Shown: positions 37,076 to 48,115, counted from the stretch's first letter. The stretch: 64,000 nucleotides of DNA from an uncultured bacterium (GCA_963708045.1 OY970181.1:131740-195739); one strand, 5' to 3'. Translations and numbers: made by a program. Notes: generated by a model from the letters alone, not told the origin.

Positions 37076-37882
37076 TTAATTTCCCATCGCGACCTGATTT
37101 TTTCTTTTTTCTTCGGCGTATAATTTATGTACTTGCATAGCGGTGAGTGCCCCCGCATAAACGTGAATTTCATCCATAAAAGCATTGGCGGCATAAGAAA
37201 CAATTCCACCTATTTTAAGATCAACGCTGTTATTCCAACTATTTCCAACCGTCGTCGCGGTTCCTGCAAAATGCCCGTCAATGTAAAGGTTGCGCGTATT
37301 AGCACCGTTAACTGTTCCGACAATTTGATGCCACTTTCCTAAATCATCTCCGCGCTTAGAGACAAAAGGAGTGTTAGAGACACTGGAAGCGGCCAACAAA
37401 AACCCATTATTATTAAAACCATATGCCGAAGAAAGACCAAATACTGCACTATCGCCTTTAAGTATATAAACGGAAGGGGTGGAGACATTCTGATAAACCC
37501 AAAAAGATACCGTGAAATTATCCGCGAGATCCAAACTGCTTGAATCGGGAACGCTTATATATTTTCCAACGGCATTAAAATTTAAAGAGCACCCTGATCC
37601 GGAGGGCGTGCTTGTTGACCATATTGGAGAACCAACAAAAGTACCGTTATTATTATTACCCGACGAATCACTTACGGTTGTGCCCGAGCATTCGTCAAAA
37701 TTCCAGTATCCAGCAGTCTGATCACCGACGGCGCGATCAACACTAGCGGCAAACTGTTTGCCAGATGCAACCCTCGCCTTTTCGCGCGCACCGCCGAGCG
37801 ACACCACCGCGATACTAGAAAGCAGACCAATCACGGCAATGACGACAAGAAGTTCAATTAAAGTGAAGGCGCGATGGGACAT
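37076..37882 (-). CDS. type IV pilin-like protein with LamG-like domain
   Basis: MSHRAFTLIELLVVIAVIGLLSSIAVVSLGGAREKARVASGKQFA...DEIHVYAGALTAMQVHKLYAEE. Confidence 0.75.
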   Translation of the reverse strand: MSHRAFTLIELLVVIAVIGLLSSIAVVSLGGAREKARVASGKQFAASVDRAVGDQTAGYWNFDECSGTTVSDSSGNNNNGTFVGSPIWSTSTPSGSGCSLNFNAVGKYISVPDSSSLDLADNFTVSFWVYQNVSTPSVYILKGDSAVFGLSSAYGFNNNGFLLAASSVSNTPFVSKRGDDLGKWHQIVGTVNGANTRNLYIDGHFAGTATTVGNSWNNSVDLKIGGIVSYAANAFMDEIHVYAGALTAMQVHKLYAEEKRKNQVAMGN

Positions 37883-37892
37883 GACGGAATAT

Positions 37893-38732
37893 CTAATGAC
37901 TAATCCGGCTAGTGAGCGACGATTTGTTTATTGTTTCCAGTGCGATTTTATTTTCATCACTTTCTTCAGCGTACAATTTATGAACCTGCATGGCGGTTAA
38001 CGCTCCGGAATACACATGAATCTCATCCAAAAGGGCGTTTGCGGAATATAGCGTGTTCCCGCCAATTAAAAGATCAATGCTATTATTCCAACTCGTCCCC
38101 GCTCCCGTCGCCGTGCCGGCAAAATGACCGTCTAAATAAAAACTTCGTACATTTGAACCATTGACAGTACCGACAAATTGATGCCAAACACCCGTATCAC
38201 TTCCGCGCCTAGGTGCATAAGGATCAAGACTGACATTGTATGTAGCCAACATAAAACCATTACCACCAAAACCATACGCTGGAGCAAGCCCACCCAATGA
38301 GTCACTGCCCTTAAGCATAAATATGGATGTATTCACATTGTTCTGGTAAACCCAAAAAGATATTGTGAAGTTGTTGGAGAGATCCAAACTACTTGAATCA
38401 GGAATGTTTATATAATTAGCGGCGGCAGTAAAATTCAAAGAACAACCCGAGCCGGAGGGTGTATTTGTTGACCATGTTGGAGAGCCGACGAAAGTGCCGT
38501 TATTATTACCCGACGAATCGTTTGCGGTCGTGCCCGAGCATTCGTCAAAATTCCAATACCCAACGGTCTGGTCACCGACTGCACGGTCAACTGTGGTGGC
38601 AAACTGTTTACCAGACGCAACCCTCGCCTTTTCGCGCGCACCACCAAGCGACACCACCGCGATACTAGAAAGCAGACCAATCACGGCAATGACGACAAGA
38701 AGTTCAATTAGGGTAAAGGCACGACGGTTCAT
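37893..38732 (-). CDS. type IV pilin-like protein with LamG-like domain (tandem paralog)
   Basis: MNRRAFTLIELLVVIAVIGLLSSIAVVSLGGAREKARVASGKQFA...DEIHVYSGALTAMQVHKLYAEE. Start moved to MNRRAF. Confidence 0.75.
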   Translation of the reverse strand: MNRRAFTLIELLVVIAVIGLLSSIAVVSLGGAREKARVASGKQFATTVDRAVGDQTVGYWNFDECSGTTANDSSGNNNGTFVGSPTWSTNTPSGSGCSLNFTAAANYINIPDSSSLDLSNNFTISFWVYQNNVNTSIFMLKGSDSLGGLAPAYGFGGNGFMLATYNVSLDPYAPRRGSDTGVWHQFVGTVNGSNVRSFYLDGHFAGTATGAGTSWNNSIDLLIGGNTLYSANALLDEIHVYSGALTAMQVHKLYAEESDENKIALETINKSSLTSRISH

Positions 38733-39205
38733 GGATATAAAATATAATAATTTGGCCAAACATTGTGACAACTAGAAGAACAACTCATTTTGTCTGGGTC
38801 ATTTGTTCCTTCAATAGTCATCGCTAAACAATATTGTTCGTTGCTATTTTTTTGATAAACATAGACTGGCCAATTTCCACAGGTTACGGTTCGCGATCCG
38901 CGCTTTTCAAAATCAGGATCTTGGGGCAAAGGGTTAAGATATGGAGCAAGCGCCGCCGCAAGATAGCCGGTAGATACCCAACACGCCCAATCACTAGCAC
39001 AGGCGCCGACGCTTCCTGGATAGGCACTATTGTCGGCGTAATACATTTCTAAAGCCTTCGTTAACGCTCTCATATCTGTCTTTCTTCTAACGTCACGGGC
39101 TTTTGCTCTCGTGCTACTTAACGAGACTACCGCGATTGTGGAAAGCAAACCAATAATCGCAACGACGACAAGAAGTTCAATTAAAGTGAAGGCACGGCGT
39201 TTCAT
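38729..39205 (-). CDS. type IV pilin-like protein (small)
   Basis: MKRRAFTLIELLVVVAIIGLLSTIAVVSL. Start moved to MKRRAF. Overlaps the next gene by 4 nt. Confidence 0.7.
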   Translation of the reverse strand: MKRRAFTLIELLVVVAIIGLLSTIAVVSLSSTRAKARDVRRKTDMRALTKALEMYYADNSAYPGSVGACASDWACWVSTGYLAAALAPYLNPLPQDPDFEKRGSRTVTCGNWPVYVYQKNSNEQYCLAMTIEGTNDPDKMSCSSSCHNVWPNYYILYP

Positions 39206-39207
39206 AA

Positions 39208-39747
39208 TTACCAGCTTCGTGCGTCGGGAGTAGAAACCTGCCAAGCCCAAGTTAGTCTCACCGGATCAACGAATGGATCAGTCGCACTCATTATACCTTC
39301 GGGAGTACAGTGGGCTAATAATTTATAATCTGTCCCGTTTGACCTGTAATAATAACAATTAGAACTCGGCGACGTTAGACAGCCGGCGTTTGCACTACTG
39401 GTATTTCCCTTGCCGCTATTTGGGTCATGCGGCAGTTGCGCCATATAAGAAGAAAAATTTGGTATCCACGCGCCAGCACCAGAGTCGGGATATGAATTAA
39501 CGCTTGCACAATTACCAAACCATGAAAGCACACCCGTAACTGGTGGCACCAGTGTAGGCGGATATCCATTATTATCGGCATAATATAATTCTAACGCTTT
39601 TGAAACTTGTACTAGGTTTGCCTTACGCTGAGCGTTCCTTGAATTCATTCTTGTCGCACTTAAAGACACCACCGCGATCGTACCAAGGAGGCCGATAATA
39701 GCGATGACGACAAGAAGCTCAATTAAAGTGAAAGCGCGATGGGACAT
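39208..39747 (-). CDS. type IV pilin-like protein (small)
   Basis: MSHRAFTLIELLVVIAIIGLLGTIAVVSL. Paralog of 19280-19849. Confidence 0.75.
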   Translation of the reverse strand: MSHRAFTLIELLVVIAIIGLLGTIAVVSLSATRMNSRNAQRKANLVQVSKALELYYADNNGYPPTLVPPVTGVLSWFGNCASVNSYPDSGAGAWIPNFSSYMAQLPHDPNSGKGNTSSANAGCLTSPSSNCYYYRSNGTDYKLLAHCTPEGIMSATDPFVDPVRLTWAWQVSTPDARSW

Positions 39748-39849
39748 GACGGAATATCTAATGTCTAATTTCTAATCCGACTAGTGAGTGATAATTTGTT
39801 TATTGTTTTTAGTGCGATTTTATTTTCACCACTTTCTTTAACGAATGTG

Positions 39850-40341
39850 TTAATTTAAATTCACTATACATTCAATAAAGTTAGCGTTCACTGTGCGAAC
39901 CGTTCCCATTCCACAAGTTGCCGGGGGGGTAAGTAAATAATCTATGGCAGGTTGACCACCGTAAGATGCTGATGGAGAGCCGTTGTAAATATAACCGCCA
40001 TAGCCGCGTGAATTTTTATCATCAGGATCGGTGGGTTTGTTTATGAAAGGAGTAAAGAAAGCATCCACTGTTCCGCTTACAGGATATATAGAAAAACCGC
40101 CCGTGCATGAGGAACTTATACATTTCCAAAAATTACCGCCCGTATCTGGATACGCGCCATTGGCATCAAACCCTAGGTTAAAAGCAGTCACTAGTTGTTT
40201 TACATCGGCAATTCGTTTGGCGTTTAGAGATCGGCTTCGCGCTGTACTCAAACTCATCACCGCAATCGTGCCAAGGAGGCCGATAATCGCGATGACGACC
40301 AGAAGTTCAATTAAGGTGAAAGCGCGATGAGTGTTAAGCAT
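39850..40341 (-). CDS. type IV pilin-like protein (small)
   Basis: MLNTHRAFTLIELLVVIAIIGLLGTIAVMSL. Confidence 0.7.
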   Translation of the reverse strand: MLNTHRAFTLIELLVVIAIIGLLGTIAVMSLSTARSRSLNAKRIADVKQLVTAFNLGFDANGAYPDTGGNFWKCISSSCTGGFSIYPVSGTVDAFFTPFINKPTDPDDKNSRGYGGYIYNGSPSASYGGQPAIDYLLTPPATCGMGTVRTVNANFIECIVNLN

Positions 40342-40478
40342 GGGGCTTGTGGCAAATGGCTTGTAGAAAATTACGAATACATTATACCACTATAACAAAA
40401 ACTCCCCCGTTTTATTGAGGGAGTTTTTGGTTTAGCTATTTAGCCATTTGCCACAAGCTGCAAACCCCATTATCCGTC

Positions 40479-40769
40479 TTACCGATTCGGAAAAGGTTCC
40501 AGAGCAAAAATGGATTTAGCCTCAGTGTCGTTTAAAACATTTTTCTTGTTCAAAAGATTGACGAGAAGTTTAACTTTTTCGTCTTCTTTGCGCATCATCA
40601 CAACCATATCGCCTTTCATATCCAAAAGCTTGTCATCAAGATAATCCTTGGTGACCATGATAGATTTAATCTGCGTAATTTCGCCTTTTATAGAGGCCAG
40701 ATCTTGATCCACTCGGTTTGAAAACTCACCAATGGCTTCAAGAATTTCATTTTTAGAAGCGTCTTCCAT
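40479..40769 (-). CDS. hypothetical coiled-coil protein
   Basis: 96-aa ORF flanked by a directly repeated terminator-like module (40395-40460 and 40815-40890). Confidence 0.35.
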   Translation of the reverse strand: MEDASKNEILEAIGEFSNRVDQDLASIKGEITQIKSIMVTKDYLDDKLLDMKGDMVVMMRKEDEKVKLLVNLLNKKNVLNDTEAKSIFALEPFPNR

Positions 40770-40911
40770 ATACAGATAACATATACCTCTTTCCGGCCAA
40801 GTTCAAGGATATGCAAAAACTCCCCCGTTTTATTGAGGGAGTTTTTGTTTCTATTTGCTATTTAGCCATTTGCCACGAGCCACGTGCTACGTGCCACAAG
40901 CCACGCGCCAA

Positions 40912-43900
40912 CTAATCGCGCGGGACGTTGTAGCCGGTACCGGCAGGAATCAAGCGGCCGATGATGACGTTTTCCTTGAGGCCGTCCAACGGATCAAGCT
41001 TGCCCGTAAGCGAAGCGTTGATGAGCACTTTGGCGGTTTCTTGGAAGGACGCAGCTGAGAGCCAAGAACGAGTGGAAAGCGAGATTTTGGTAATACCCAT
41101 AAACATCACACTACCCTCGGCAATCTTGCCCTTAGCCTTTTTGACGGTTGCGTTCGCGTCGTCAAATTCGGCGCGTTCCACAACTTCGCCCGGAAGCAAA
41201 TCCGTGTCGCCCGACTCGGTCACAGTAATGCGGCCGAACATCTGGCGAATAATTGTTTCAATATGTTTGTCGTTAAGGCGCTGTCCTTGTGACGAGTAAA
41301 TCGTCTGAATGTCCTTAAGGAGATAACGCTGAACGGCGTCGCGGCCTTTAAAGGTAAAGAGTTCGTGCAAGTCTAAGTCGCCTTCGGTAAGTTGGTCGCC
41401 AGGCGTAACCATATCGCCATCTTTAACATAGAGAACATAACCTGGCGGAATGATAAATTCTTTTGAACCATTTACCTCGCGAACAATCTTCACTGTTTTT
41501 TCGCCGACTTCCACAATGCCGCCGTTTTCACAAGTCAGTTCGGTGCCATTTTTCTTAATGACAATCACTTGCCCCGGAATAACTTCGGCTTTGGTTTTTA
41601 CTTCCACCTTATCGCCCTTGCCGATCTTCACAATTTCTTCGGCATTCTCTTTATATGTAATGCGGATAATTTTTTGACCTGGGAAGGTTTCCAAAACTTT
41701 CTTGCCGCTTGCTGATTCAATAACTTTGCGTTCAACTTCTTCAAGCGTCACCTTGCCGGCAACATCGGTCGTAATCGCCCGGCGCTTTGGCGCGCGCGCT
41801 TCAAATAATTCTTCAACGCGCGGCAAACCCTGGGTAATGTCCAAGCCGGCGACGCCGCCAGAGTGGAAAGTACGCATCGTAAGCTGGGTGCCAGGTTCGC
41901 CAATGGACTGCGCGGCGATAATACCAACCGCCGTACCAAACTTAACTGGATTGTTGGAAGCAAGGTCAAGTCCGTAACATTTCTGACAAACGCCTTTGGA
42001 CATTCGGCAAGTAAGGACGGAGCGAATTTTGACTTCGGTAACGCCAGCCTTGCCAATCTCGCGTGACAATTCGTCGGTAACATATTCGCCCTTGGCCACG
42101 ATAACCTTTTTGGTTTTCGGATTAACCACGTCTTCCGCGATATTGCGGGAAAGAACGCGAGCGGCCAAAGTCTGTCCCATTGCTTCGGATTCTTTTCCAA
42201 TAACCAAGTAACCGTCTTCGTCGCCGCAGTCTTCCATTCGAACAATCGTGTCTTGAGCCACGTCAACCAAGCGGCGCGTAAGATAACCGGCGTTCGCCGT
42301 ACGAAGGGCGGTGTCGGCCAAACCTTTACGCGAACCGTGCGTACTAATAAAGTACTCAAGCACGTCAATACCTTCTTTAAATGATTTTTTGACCGGGAGT
42401 TCAATAATTTCACCGGCTGGGTTGGACACTGGACCTTTCATACCAACCATCTGTGTGAGCTGTGACCAAGAACCGCGAGCGCCGGACTCTACCATTGAGA
42501 AGACCGGACCCGACTTGTTCATCTGTTCCTTGGAAAGCTTAACAATCTTGTCCTTAACATCCATCCACACTTCAACAATTTTACTGTGGCGTTCGGAAAC
42601 GGTGAGCAAACCTTCGTTGTACTGTTCTTCAATTTCTTGTACGCGCTTGTCGCCAGCATTAATTTCTTCGGCTTTGCCTTTAAGGTCAGGCAGGTAATCC
42701 ATACCCCAAGAAAAGCCGGACTTGGTGATGTACTTAAAGCCGATTGTTTTAAGATCGTCCAAAAATTTCGCCGTGCGATCTAGGCCTTCGTTAACAATGG
42801 AGCGCTTTACGATCTCACCAATCTTTTTGGCGTCAAGGTGATCGTTTACAAAGCCGATTGTTTCTGGGAGCACGCGGTTAAGAATAACGCGTCCAACCGA
42901 AGTCTGAACAATTTCCATTGTCTTCCCCGTGCCGCGGCGGATGCGGCAAGGTTCTTGCAATTTAACTTTACCCATTTCAAACGCTTGAATCGCTTCGCCT
43001 TCCGAACCAAAAGCCTTCATCTTTTCCGGAACTGGCGCGCTCGCGGTCATATAATAACAACCCCAAACAATGTCGCGGTTAGGCGTACAAATTGGCGAAC
43101 CGTGCGCGGGCTTGAGTAAGTTTTTGGTAGACAACATTAATTCGCGCGCTTCGGTTTTTGCTTCTTCAGTCAAGGGCACGTGAACAGCCATTTGGTCGCC
43201 GTCAAAGTCGGCGTTAAAGGCAGTACAAACGAGCGGATGAATTTGGATCGCCTTACCTTCGATAAGCACCGGCTGGAAAGCCTGAATACCGAGGCGGTGC
43301 AAGGTTGGAGCGCGGTTAAGAAGCACGAGCGCGTCCTTGGTTATTTCTTCAAGAAAGTCCCAAACTTCGGCGTGGTTGGCTTCAATAAAACGGTTGGCCG
43401 AGCGGATGTTGTGAACAAAGCCGCGGTTGATAAGCTTGGAGATAACGAACGGTTTAAAAAGTTCCAAGGCCATTCGTTTTGGAATACCGCATTGGTGCAA
43501 AAGCAAATTAGGACCGACAACGATAACTGAGCGGCCAGAGTAGTCAATGCGTTTGCCAAGCAAGTTTTGGCGGAAGCGTCCTTGCTTTCCTTTAAGCACA
43601 TCGGCAAGCGACTTAAGCTGACGCTTGTGGCCGCTTGAAGCAACGACGGTTTTGGATTGACGCGCCGAGTTGTCAATAAAGGCGTCAACCGCTTCCTGAA
43701 GCATGCGCTTTTCATTTCTGGTAATGACTTCGGGCGCATTTAATTCCAACAAACGCTTTAAGCGGTTGTTGCGGTTAATAACGCGGCGATAGAGATCGTT
43801 CAAGTCGGAAGTGGCAAAACGTCCGCCATCAAGCGGCACCATTGGGCGAAGGTCGGGCGGGATGATCGGAATGTTTACCATAATCATCCACTCGGGACGA

Positions 43901-44808
43901 ATCTTGTTGACCTTCATTGAGTGCAAGAGCTTCATTCGGCGCACCATGCGTTCAACTTTGGCGCCGGTTGATTCGCTGATCTGCACTTTAAGCGCTTCAA
44001 TCGTTTTTTCCAAATCAATTTTCCGCAACAGTTCGCGAATCGCTTCGGCACCGATCCCCGCTTCAAAAAGATGACCGTATTTAAGCGAGAATTCGTGATA
44101 CGTTGCTTCGGAAATAATGTTAAGCGGGAAAATTTCTTTAAGGTCGCTTTCGGCGATTTTGAAATCTTCTTCAAGTTCGCCAAGTTTGCGATCTTTGTTT
44201 TTGAGCGCTTCATCCAAGCGCGAAGTTTTTTTGCTGGCCTTTTCGCCTTCAATATTTTCCGAATTTATTCGCGTAAGGGCTTGCTCGTATTCGTTTTCAA
44301 TTTGTTTTTTCTTGCCCTTGTATTCGTTCTTGATTTGCTCCAAGGTTTCCTCTTTTAATTTTTCATCAACTTTGGTGATGATAAAGGAAGCAAAGTAGAT
44401 GATCTTTTCCAAATTGATCACGGAAAGATCAAGCACGAGACCGATTTTTGAGGGCACGCCACGGAGGTACCAAATGTGCGACACCGGCGCGACAAGTTCA
44501 ATGTGTCCCATTCGTTCGCGGCGAACGAGCGAAGTGGTTACTTCCACGCCGCACTTGTCGCAGACGATTCCCTTGTAGCGAATCTTTTTATATTTTCCGC
44601 AGTAGCACTCCCAGTCTTTGGACGGCCCGAAAATTTCTTCGGCAAAGAGACCACTCTTTTCCGGTTTTTGCGTGCGGTAGTTGATGGTTTCGGGTTTAGT
44701 GACTTCGCCGTGCGACCAAGCGCGAATGACTTCGGGTGAAGCCAAGCGCAAACGAATGGAGTCAAAGTCGGCGATTTTTAGTTGTTCACGATTTTCAAAA
44801 GGATTCAT
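40912..44808 (-). CDS. rpoC: DNA-directed RNA polymerase subunit beta'
   Basis: 1298 aa. NADFDGDQMAVH catalytic motif, zinc-binding CxxC...C blocks near N-terminus, trigger-loop regions. Confidence 0.95.
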   Translation of the reverse strand: MNPFENREQLKIADFDSIRLRLASPEVIRAWSHGEVTKPETINYRTQKPEKSGLFAEEIFGPSKDWECYCGKYKKIRYKGIVCDKCGVEVTTSLVRRERMGHIELVAPVSHIWYLRGVPSKIGLVLDLSVINLEKIIYFASFIITKVDEKLKEETLEQIKNEYKGKKKQIENEYEQALTRINSENIEGEKASKKTSRLDEALKNKDRKLGELEEDFKIAESDLKEIFPLNIISEATYHEFSLKYGHLFEAGIGAEAIRELLRKIDLEKTIEALKVQISESTGAKVERMVRRMKLLHSMKVNKIRPEWMIMVNIPIIPPDLRPMVPLDGGRFATSDLNDLYRRVINRNNRLKRLLELNAPEVITRNEKRMLQEAVDAFIDNSARQSKTVVASSGHKRQLKSLADVLKGKQGRFRQNLLGKRIDYSGRSVIVVGPNLLLHQCGIPKRMALELFKPFVISKLINRGFVHNIRSANRFIEANHAEVWDFLEEITKDALVLLNRAPTLHRLGIQAFQPVLIEGKAIQIHPLVCTAFNADFDGDQMAVHVPLTEEAKTEARELMLSTKNLLKPAHGSPICTPNRDIVWGCYYMTASAPVPEKMKAFGSEGEAIQAFEMGKVKLQEPCRIRRGTGKTMEIVQTSVGRVILNRVLPETIGFVNDHLDAKKIGEIVKRSIVNEGLDRTAKFLDDLKTIGFKYITKSGFSWGMDYLPDLKGKAEEINAGDKRVQEIEEQYNEGLLTVSERHSKIVEVWMDVKDKIVKLSKEQMNKSGPVFSMVESGARGSWSQLTQMVGMKGPVSNPAGEIIELPVKKSFKEGIDVLEYFISTHGSRKGLADTALRTANAGYLTRRLVDVAQDTIVRMEDCGDEDGYLVIGKESEAMGQTLAARVLSRNIAEDVVNPKTKKVIVAKGEYVTDELSREIGKAGVTEVKIRSVLTCRMSKGVCQKCYGLDLASNNPVKFGTAVGIIAAQSIGEPGTQLTMRTFHSGGVAGLDITQGLPRVEELFEARAPKRRAITTDVAGKVTLEEVERKVIESASGKKVLETFPGQKIIRITYKENAEEIVKIGKGDKVEVKTKAEVIPGQVIVIKKNGTELTCENGGIVEVGEKTVKIVREVNGSKEFIIPPGYVLYVKDGDMVTPGDQLTEGDLDLHELFTFKGRDAVQRYLLKDIQTIYSSQGQRLNDKHIETIIRQMFGRITVTESGDTDLLPGEVVERAEFDDANATVKKAKGKIAEGSVMFMGITKISLSTRSWLSAASFQETAKVLINASLTGKLDPLDGLKENVIIGRLIPAGTGYNVPRD

Positions 44809-44816
44809 AATTAACG

Positions 44817-44846
44817 AGGGTTTAGGGTTTAGTGTTTAGGGTTTAG
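44817..44846. repeat. telomere-like (TTTAGGG)n microsatellite filling the rpoB-rpoC spacer
   Basis: gggtttagggtttagtgtttagggtttag. Overlaps the rpoB stop codon. Confidence 0.6.
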
Positions 44847-47800
44847 TTATGACGACCCTCATTTTCTGGTGGCGCGACCTTTTCTTTTGTGGACATATCC
44901 ACGCGAACATTGTTTTTGAGAAGTTCCACGTCCAAGCCCAATCCTTTAAGTTCACGAATAAGGACGTTGAATGATTCTGGAACGTTTAATTTTTTGATCG
45001 GCTCGCCTTTGATAATTGATTCGTAGGCTTTGGAGCGGCCGGCGACATCGTCGGATTTGATGGTAAGAATTTCCTGAAGGGTGTGTGCCGCGCCGTATGC
45101 CTCCAAGGCCCAGACTTCCATTTCGCCGAAACGCTGACCTCCGAATTGCGCCTTACCGCCCAAAGGCTGTTGCGTGATAAGCGAGTACGGACCAATGGAG
45201 CGCTGGTGGATTTTATCTTCCACCATGTGGTCAAGTTTGAGAATGTAGTTGTAACCAACCGTCGCTTTGTTGTCGTACGGTTCGCCAGTGCGGCCGTCAA
45301 AGAGACCAATCTGACCGTCTCGTGGGAAGCCGGCGGCTTCAAGTTCGTTTTTAATGTTGGTTTCGTTGCAGCCGTCCAAAACCGCCGAAGCCACGTTATA
45401 ACCCAAAGCGTTGGCCGCGAGACCCAAGTGCGTTTCCAAAATCTGTCCAAGGTTCATACGCGAGACAACGCCAAGCGGCGACAAGATAATGTCAATCGGC
45501 GTGCCGTCGGCAAGGAATGGCATATCCTGAATCGGCACGATGCGCGAGATAACACCTTTGTTACCGTGACGGCCGGCGACTTTGTCGCCGACTTGAATTT
45601 TGCGGAGGTCGGCAACGGCCACCTGAATAGACTGAATAACGCCCGGCGGCAATTTGTCGCCCGCGTCGCGCGAGAAAACTTTTATGTCAACAACTTTGCC
45701 GTGCTTGCCTTGTTCCAGGTAAAGCGATGAGTCGCGCACGTCGCGAGCTTTTTCACCAAAGATGGCGCGTAAAAGTTTTTCTTCGGCCGAAAGTTCGGTT
45801 TCACCCTTGGGCGTAATTTTTCCAACCAGGATGTCGCCGGAAGTAACTTCGGCGCCAATGCGGATGATTCCTTGTTCGTCCAAATTTTTTAATTTTTCTT
45901 CGGACACGTTCGGGATGTCGGAAGTAATTTGTTCCGGTCCGAGTTTGGTGTCGCGAACTTCCACCGTCCAGTTTTCAATATGAATGGAAGTAAAGCGGTC
46001 GTCTTCTACCATTCGCTCGGAAACGATAACCGCGTCTTCGTAGTTGTAACCGTCCCAAGAAAGATAAGCAACGAGAACGTTTTGTCCGAGCGCGAGTTCG
46101 CCCTGGTCAACGGCGCCGCCGTCAATTAGACCCGAACCAACCTTAACCTTGTCGCCGCGATTTACCGATGGGCGCTGGTTAAGACAAGTTGACGAGTTCG
46201 TGCGCATAAACTTGTTTACGCGGTAGGTCTTAAGTCCGCCTTCACTGTCCTTGACCGTCACGTGCGCGCCATCTATTTCAACAACTTCGCCGTCAACGTC
46301 AGATACAACCACTTGGCCGGAGTCGCGCGCGGCGCGGCCTTCAACACCCGTGCCGATAATCGGCGCGTCGGGCTTAATGGTTGGAACGGCTTGGCGTTGC
46401 ATGTTCGTACCCATAAGCGCGCGGTTGCCGTCGTCGTGTTCCAAGAAAGGAATAAGCGAGGTCGCAATAGAAACAATTTGTTTTGAGGAAACGTCCATAT
46501 ACTGGACTTCGGAAACATCGGCCACGCCTGGTTCGCCCAAACGACGCACGGCAACTTTGTCCTGCACAAAATGGCCGTCTTTGTCGGTCGGCGTTGTGGC
46601 TGGAAGGGTGATGGCTTTTTCTTCGGCAAAAGCGTTTAAGTAGACAATCTCGTCCGTGACTTTCATTTTTCCAGTTTTGTCTTTAACGACTTTGCGGTAA
46701 GGAGTTTCAATAAATCCGTATTCATTGACGCGGGCGAATGATGCCAAGTGGCCGACCAAACCAATGTTCGGACCTTCTGGCGTCGCGATCGGACAAATGC
46801 GGCCGTAGTGAGTTGGGTGCACGTCGCGGACGTCAAAGCCGGCGCGTTCGCGCGAAAGTCCGCCTGGACCCATCGCCGAAAGACGGCGCTTGTGTTCAAG
46901 CTCGGCCAGCGGATTGTGCTGATCCATAAACTGCGAAAGCTGGGATGACATAAAGAACTCGCGGATCGCGCCAATCACCGGTCGCGCGTTTACAAGTTTG
47001 CCTGGCGTAAGAAGCGACATATCCATCGTGGACATTCTGTCTTTTACAATGCGCTCCATACGAGCCAAGCCGACGCGGAAACGATTTTGCACCAGCTCGC
47101 CGACCGCGCGGACGCGGCGGTTTCCAAGATGGTCAACATCGTCAGCTTCTTCTTGCGTGATGTTCAAGTGAATAATCTCTTTAATGATGGTAATGACATC
47201 GTCCTTCGTTAGCATGCGCTTGGTTGGATCGTCTAGGTCGGCGTCGGTCCAATTTTTTGCAGCAAAGCGCTGGATAAATTTGTAGCGACCAACTTTACCA
47301 AGGTCGTAGCGCGCGGTGTTCCAGAACATTGAAGAGACAAGCGAGCGCGCGTTGTCCACGGTCGCGAGATCGCCCGGGCGAATGCGCTTGTAAACTTCAA
47401 TCATACCTTCGTCTTCGTTTGTGGAAGGATCCTTGTCAATCGTATTTTGAATGTAACGAATAGAAGGATGAATGTCGGCGCTTTCAAAAGTTTTCAAAAT
47501 TTCTTCGTTCGTGCCAATGCCAAAAGCGCGGAGCAAAGCCGTGACCGGCGCTTTGCGCTTGCGGTCAATTTTGACCCAGATAACATTGGAGGCGTCGGTT
47601 TCCATTTCCAACCACGCGCCGCGGTTAGGAATAATTTTGGCGCCGTAATAATGACGGCCGCGGAAAGGTTCGGTCGTAAAAAAGACACCCGAAGAACGGA
47701 CGAGCTGCGAGACCACCACGCGCTCAATGCCGTTAATCACAAAGGTGCCGCGCTCGGTCATCACCGGCACGTCGCCCAAATAAATTTCTTGTTCCTTAAC

Positions 47801-48115
47801 ATCTTTGGTGCGATTGTTGGTAAGCACTGCTCTCACCCGAAGCGGCGCTTCAAAATTAATATTTTTTTCTTGGGACGTGCGCTCGTCAAACTTTGGCTCG
47901 TCCAAATAATAATCCGTAAACCGGAGCTCTAGGTCGCGGCCGATAAAATCTTTGATCGGACTAATTTCGTCAAAAAGTTCGCGCACACCTTTTTCAAGAA
48001 ACCATTTGTAGGAATCTTTTTGAATTTCTATTAAATTCGGGAGCGGAAGAAATTCGGTGGTGAGTCCGAAATTTCGCCGTTCTTTTTCCGTTGGCTTTTG
48101 GCGTTTGAAGATCAT
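44843..48115 (-). CDS. rpoB: DNA-directed RNA polymerase subunit beta
   Basis: 1090 aa. Conserved blocks ...GRHGNKGV..., ...NMQRQAVP..., and the C-terminal Rpb2 domains. Confidence 0.95.
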   Translation of the reverse strand: MIFKRQKPTEKERRNFGLTTEFLPLPNLIEIQKDSYKWFLEKGVRELFDEISPIKDFIGRDLELRFTDYYLDEPKFDERTSQEKNINFEAPLRVRAVLTNNRTKDVKEQEIYLGDVPVMTERGTFVINGIERVVVSQLVRSSGVFFTTEPFRGRHYYGAKIIPNRGAWLEMETDASNVIWVKIDRKRKAPVTALLRAFGIGTNEEILKTFESADIHPSIRYIQNTIDKDPSTNEDEGMIEVYKRIRPGDLATVDNARSLVSSMFWNTARYDLGKVGRYKFIQRFAAKNWTDADLDDPTKRMLTKDDVITIIKEIIHLNITQEEADDVDHLGNRRVRAVGELVQNRFRVGLARMERIVKDRMSTMDMSLLTPGKLVNARPVIGAIREFFMSSQLSQFMDQHNPLAELEHKRRLSAMGPGGLSRERAGFDVRDVHPTHYGRICPIATPEGPNIGLVGHLASFARVNEYGFIETPYRKVVKDKTGKMKVTDEIVYLNAFAEEKAITLPATTPTDKDGHFVQDKVAVRRLGEPGVADVSEVQYMDVSSKQIVSIATSLIPFLEHDDGNRALMGTNMQRQAVPTIKPDAPIIGTGVEGRAARDSGQVVVSDVDGEVVEIDGAHVTVKDSEGGLKTYRVNKFMRTNSSTCLNQRPSVNRGDKVKVGSGLIDGGAVDQGELALGQNVLVAYLSWDGYNYEDAVIVSERMVEDDRFTSIHIENWTVEVRDTKLGPEQITSDIPNVSEEKLKNLDEQGIIRIGAEVTSGDILVGKITPKGETELSAEEKLLRAIFGEKARDVRDSSLYLEQGKHGKVVDIKVFSRDAGDKLPPGVIQSIQVAVADLRKIQVGDKVAGRHGNKGVISRIVPIQDMPFLADGTPIDIILSPLGVVSRMNLGQILETHLGLAANALGYNVASAVLDGCNETNIKNELEAAGFPRDGQIGLFDGRTGEPYDNKATVGYNYILKLDHMVEDKIHQRSIGPYSLITQQPLGGKAQFGGQRFGEMEVWALEAYGAAHTLQEILTIKSDDVAGRSKAYESIIKGEPIKKLNVPESFNVLIRELKGLGLDVELLKNNVRVDMSTKEKVAPPENEGRHN

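Noticed and set aside
44817-44846. TTTAGGG repeats as evidence of a linear replicon end.
   Set aside because: The repeat is only four units long, internal to the contig, and sits between two essential genes. This is more consistent with a microsatellite or G4 element.
40961-48115. Dozens of 60-220-aa ORFs antisense or out of frame inside rpoB and rpoC (for example 41748-42413, 45083-45730, 47447-47932).
   Set aside because: They are nested within two unambiguous, highly conserved long ORFs.
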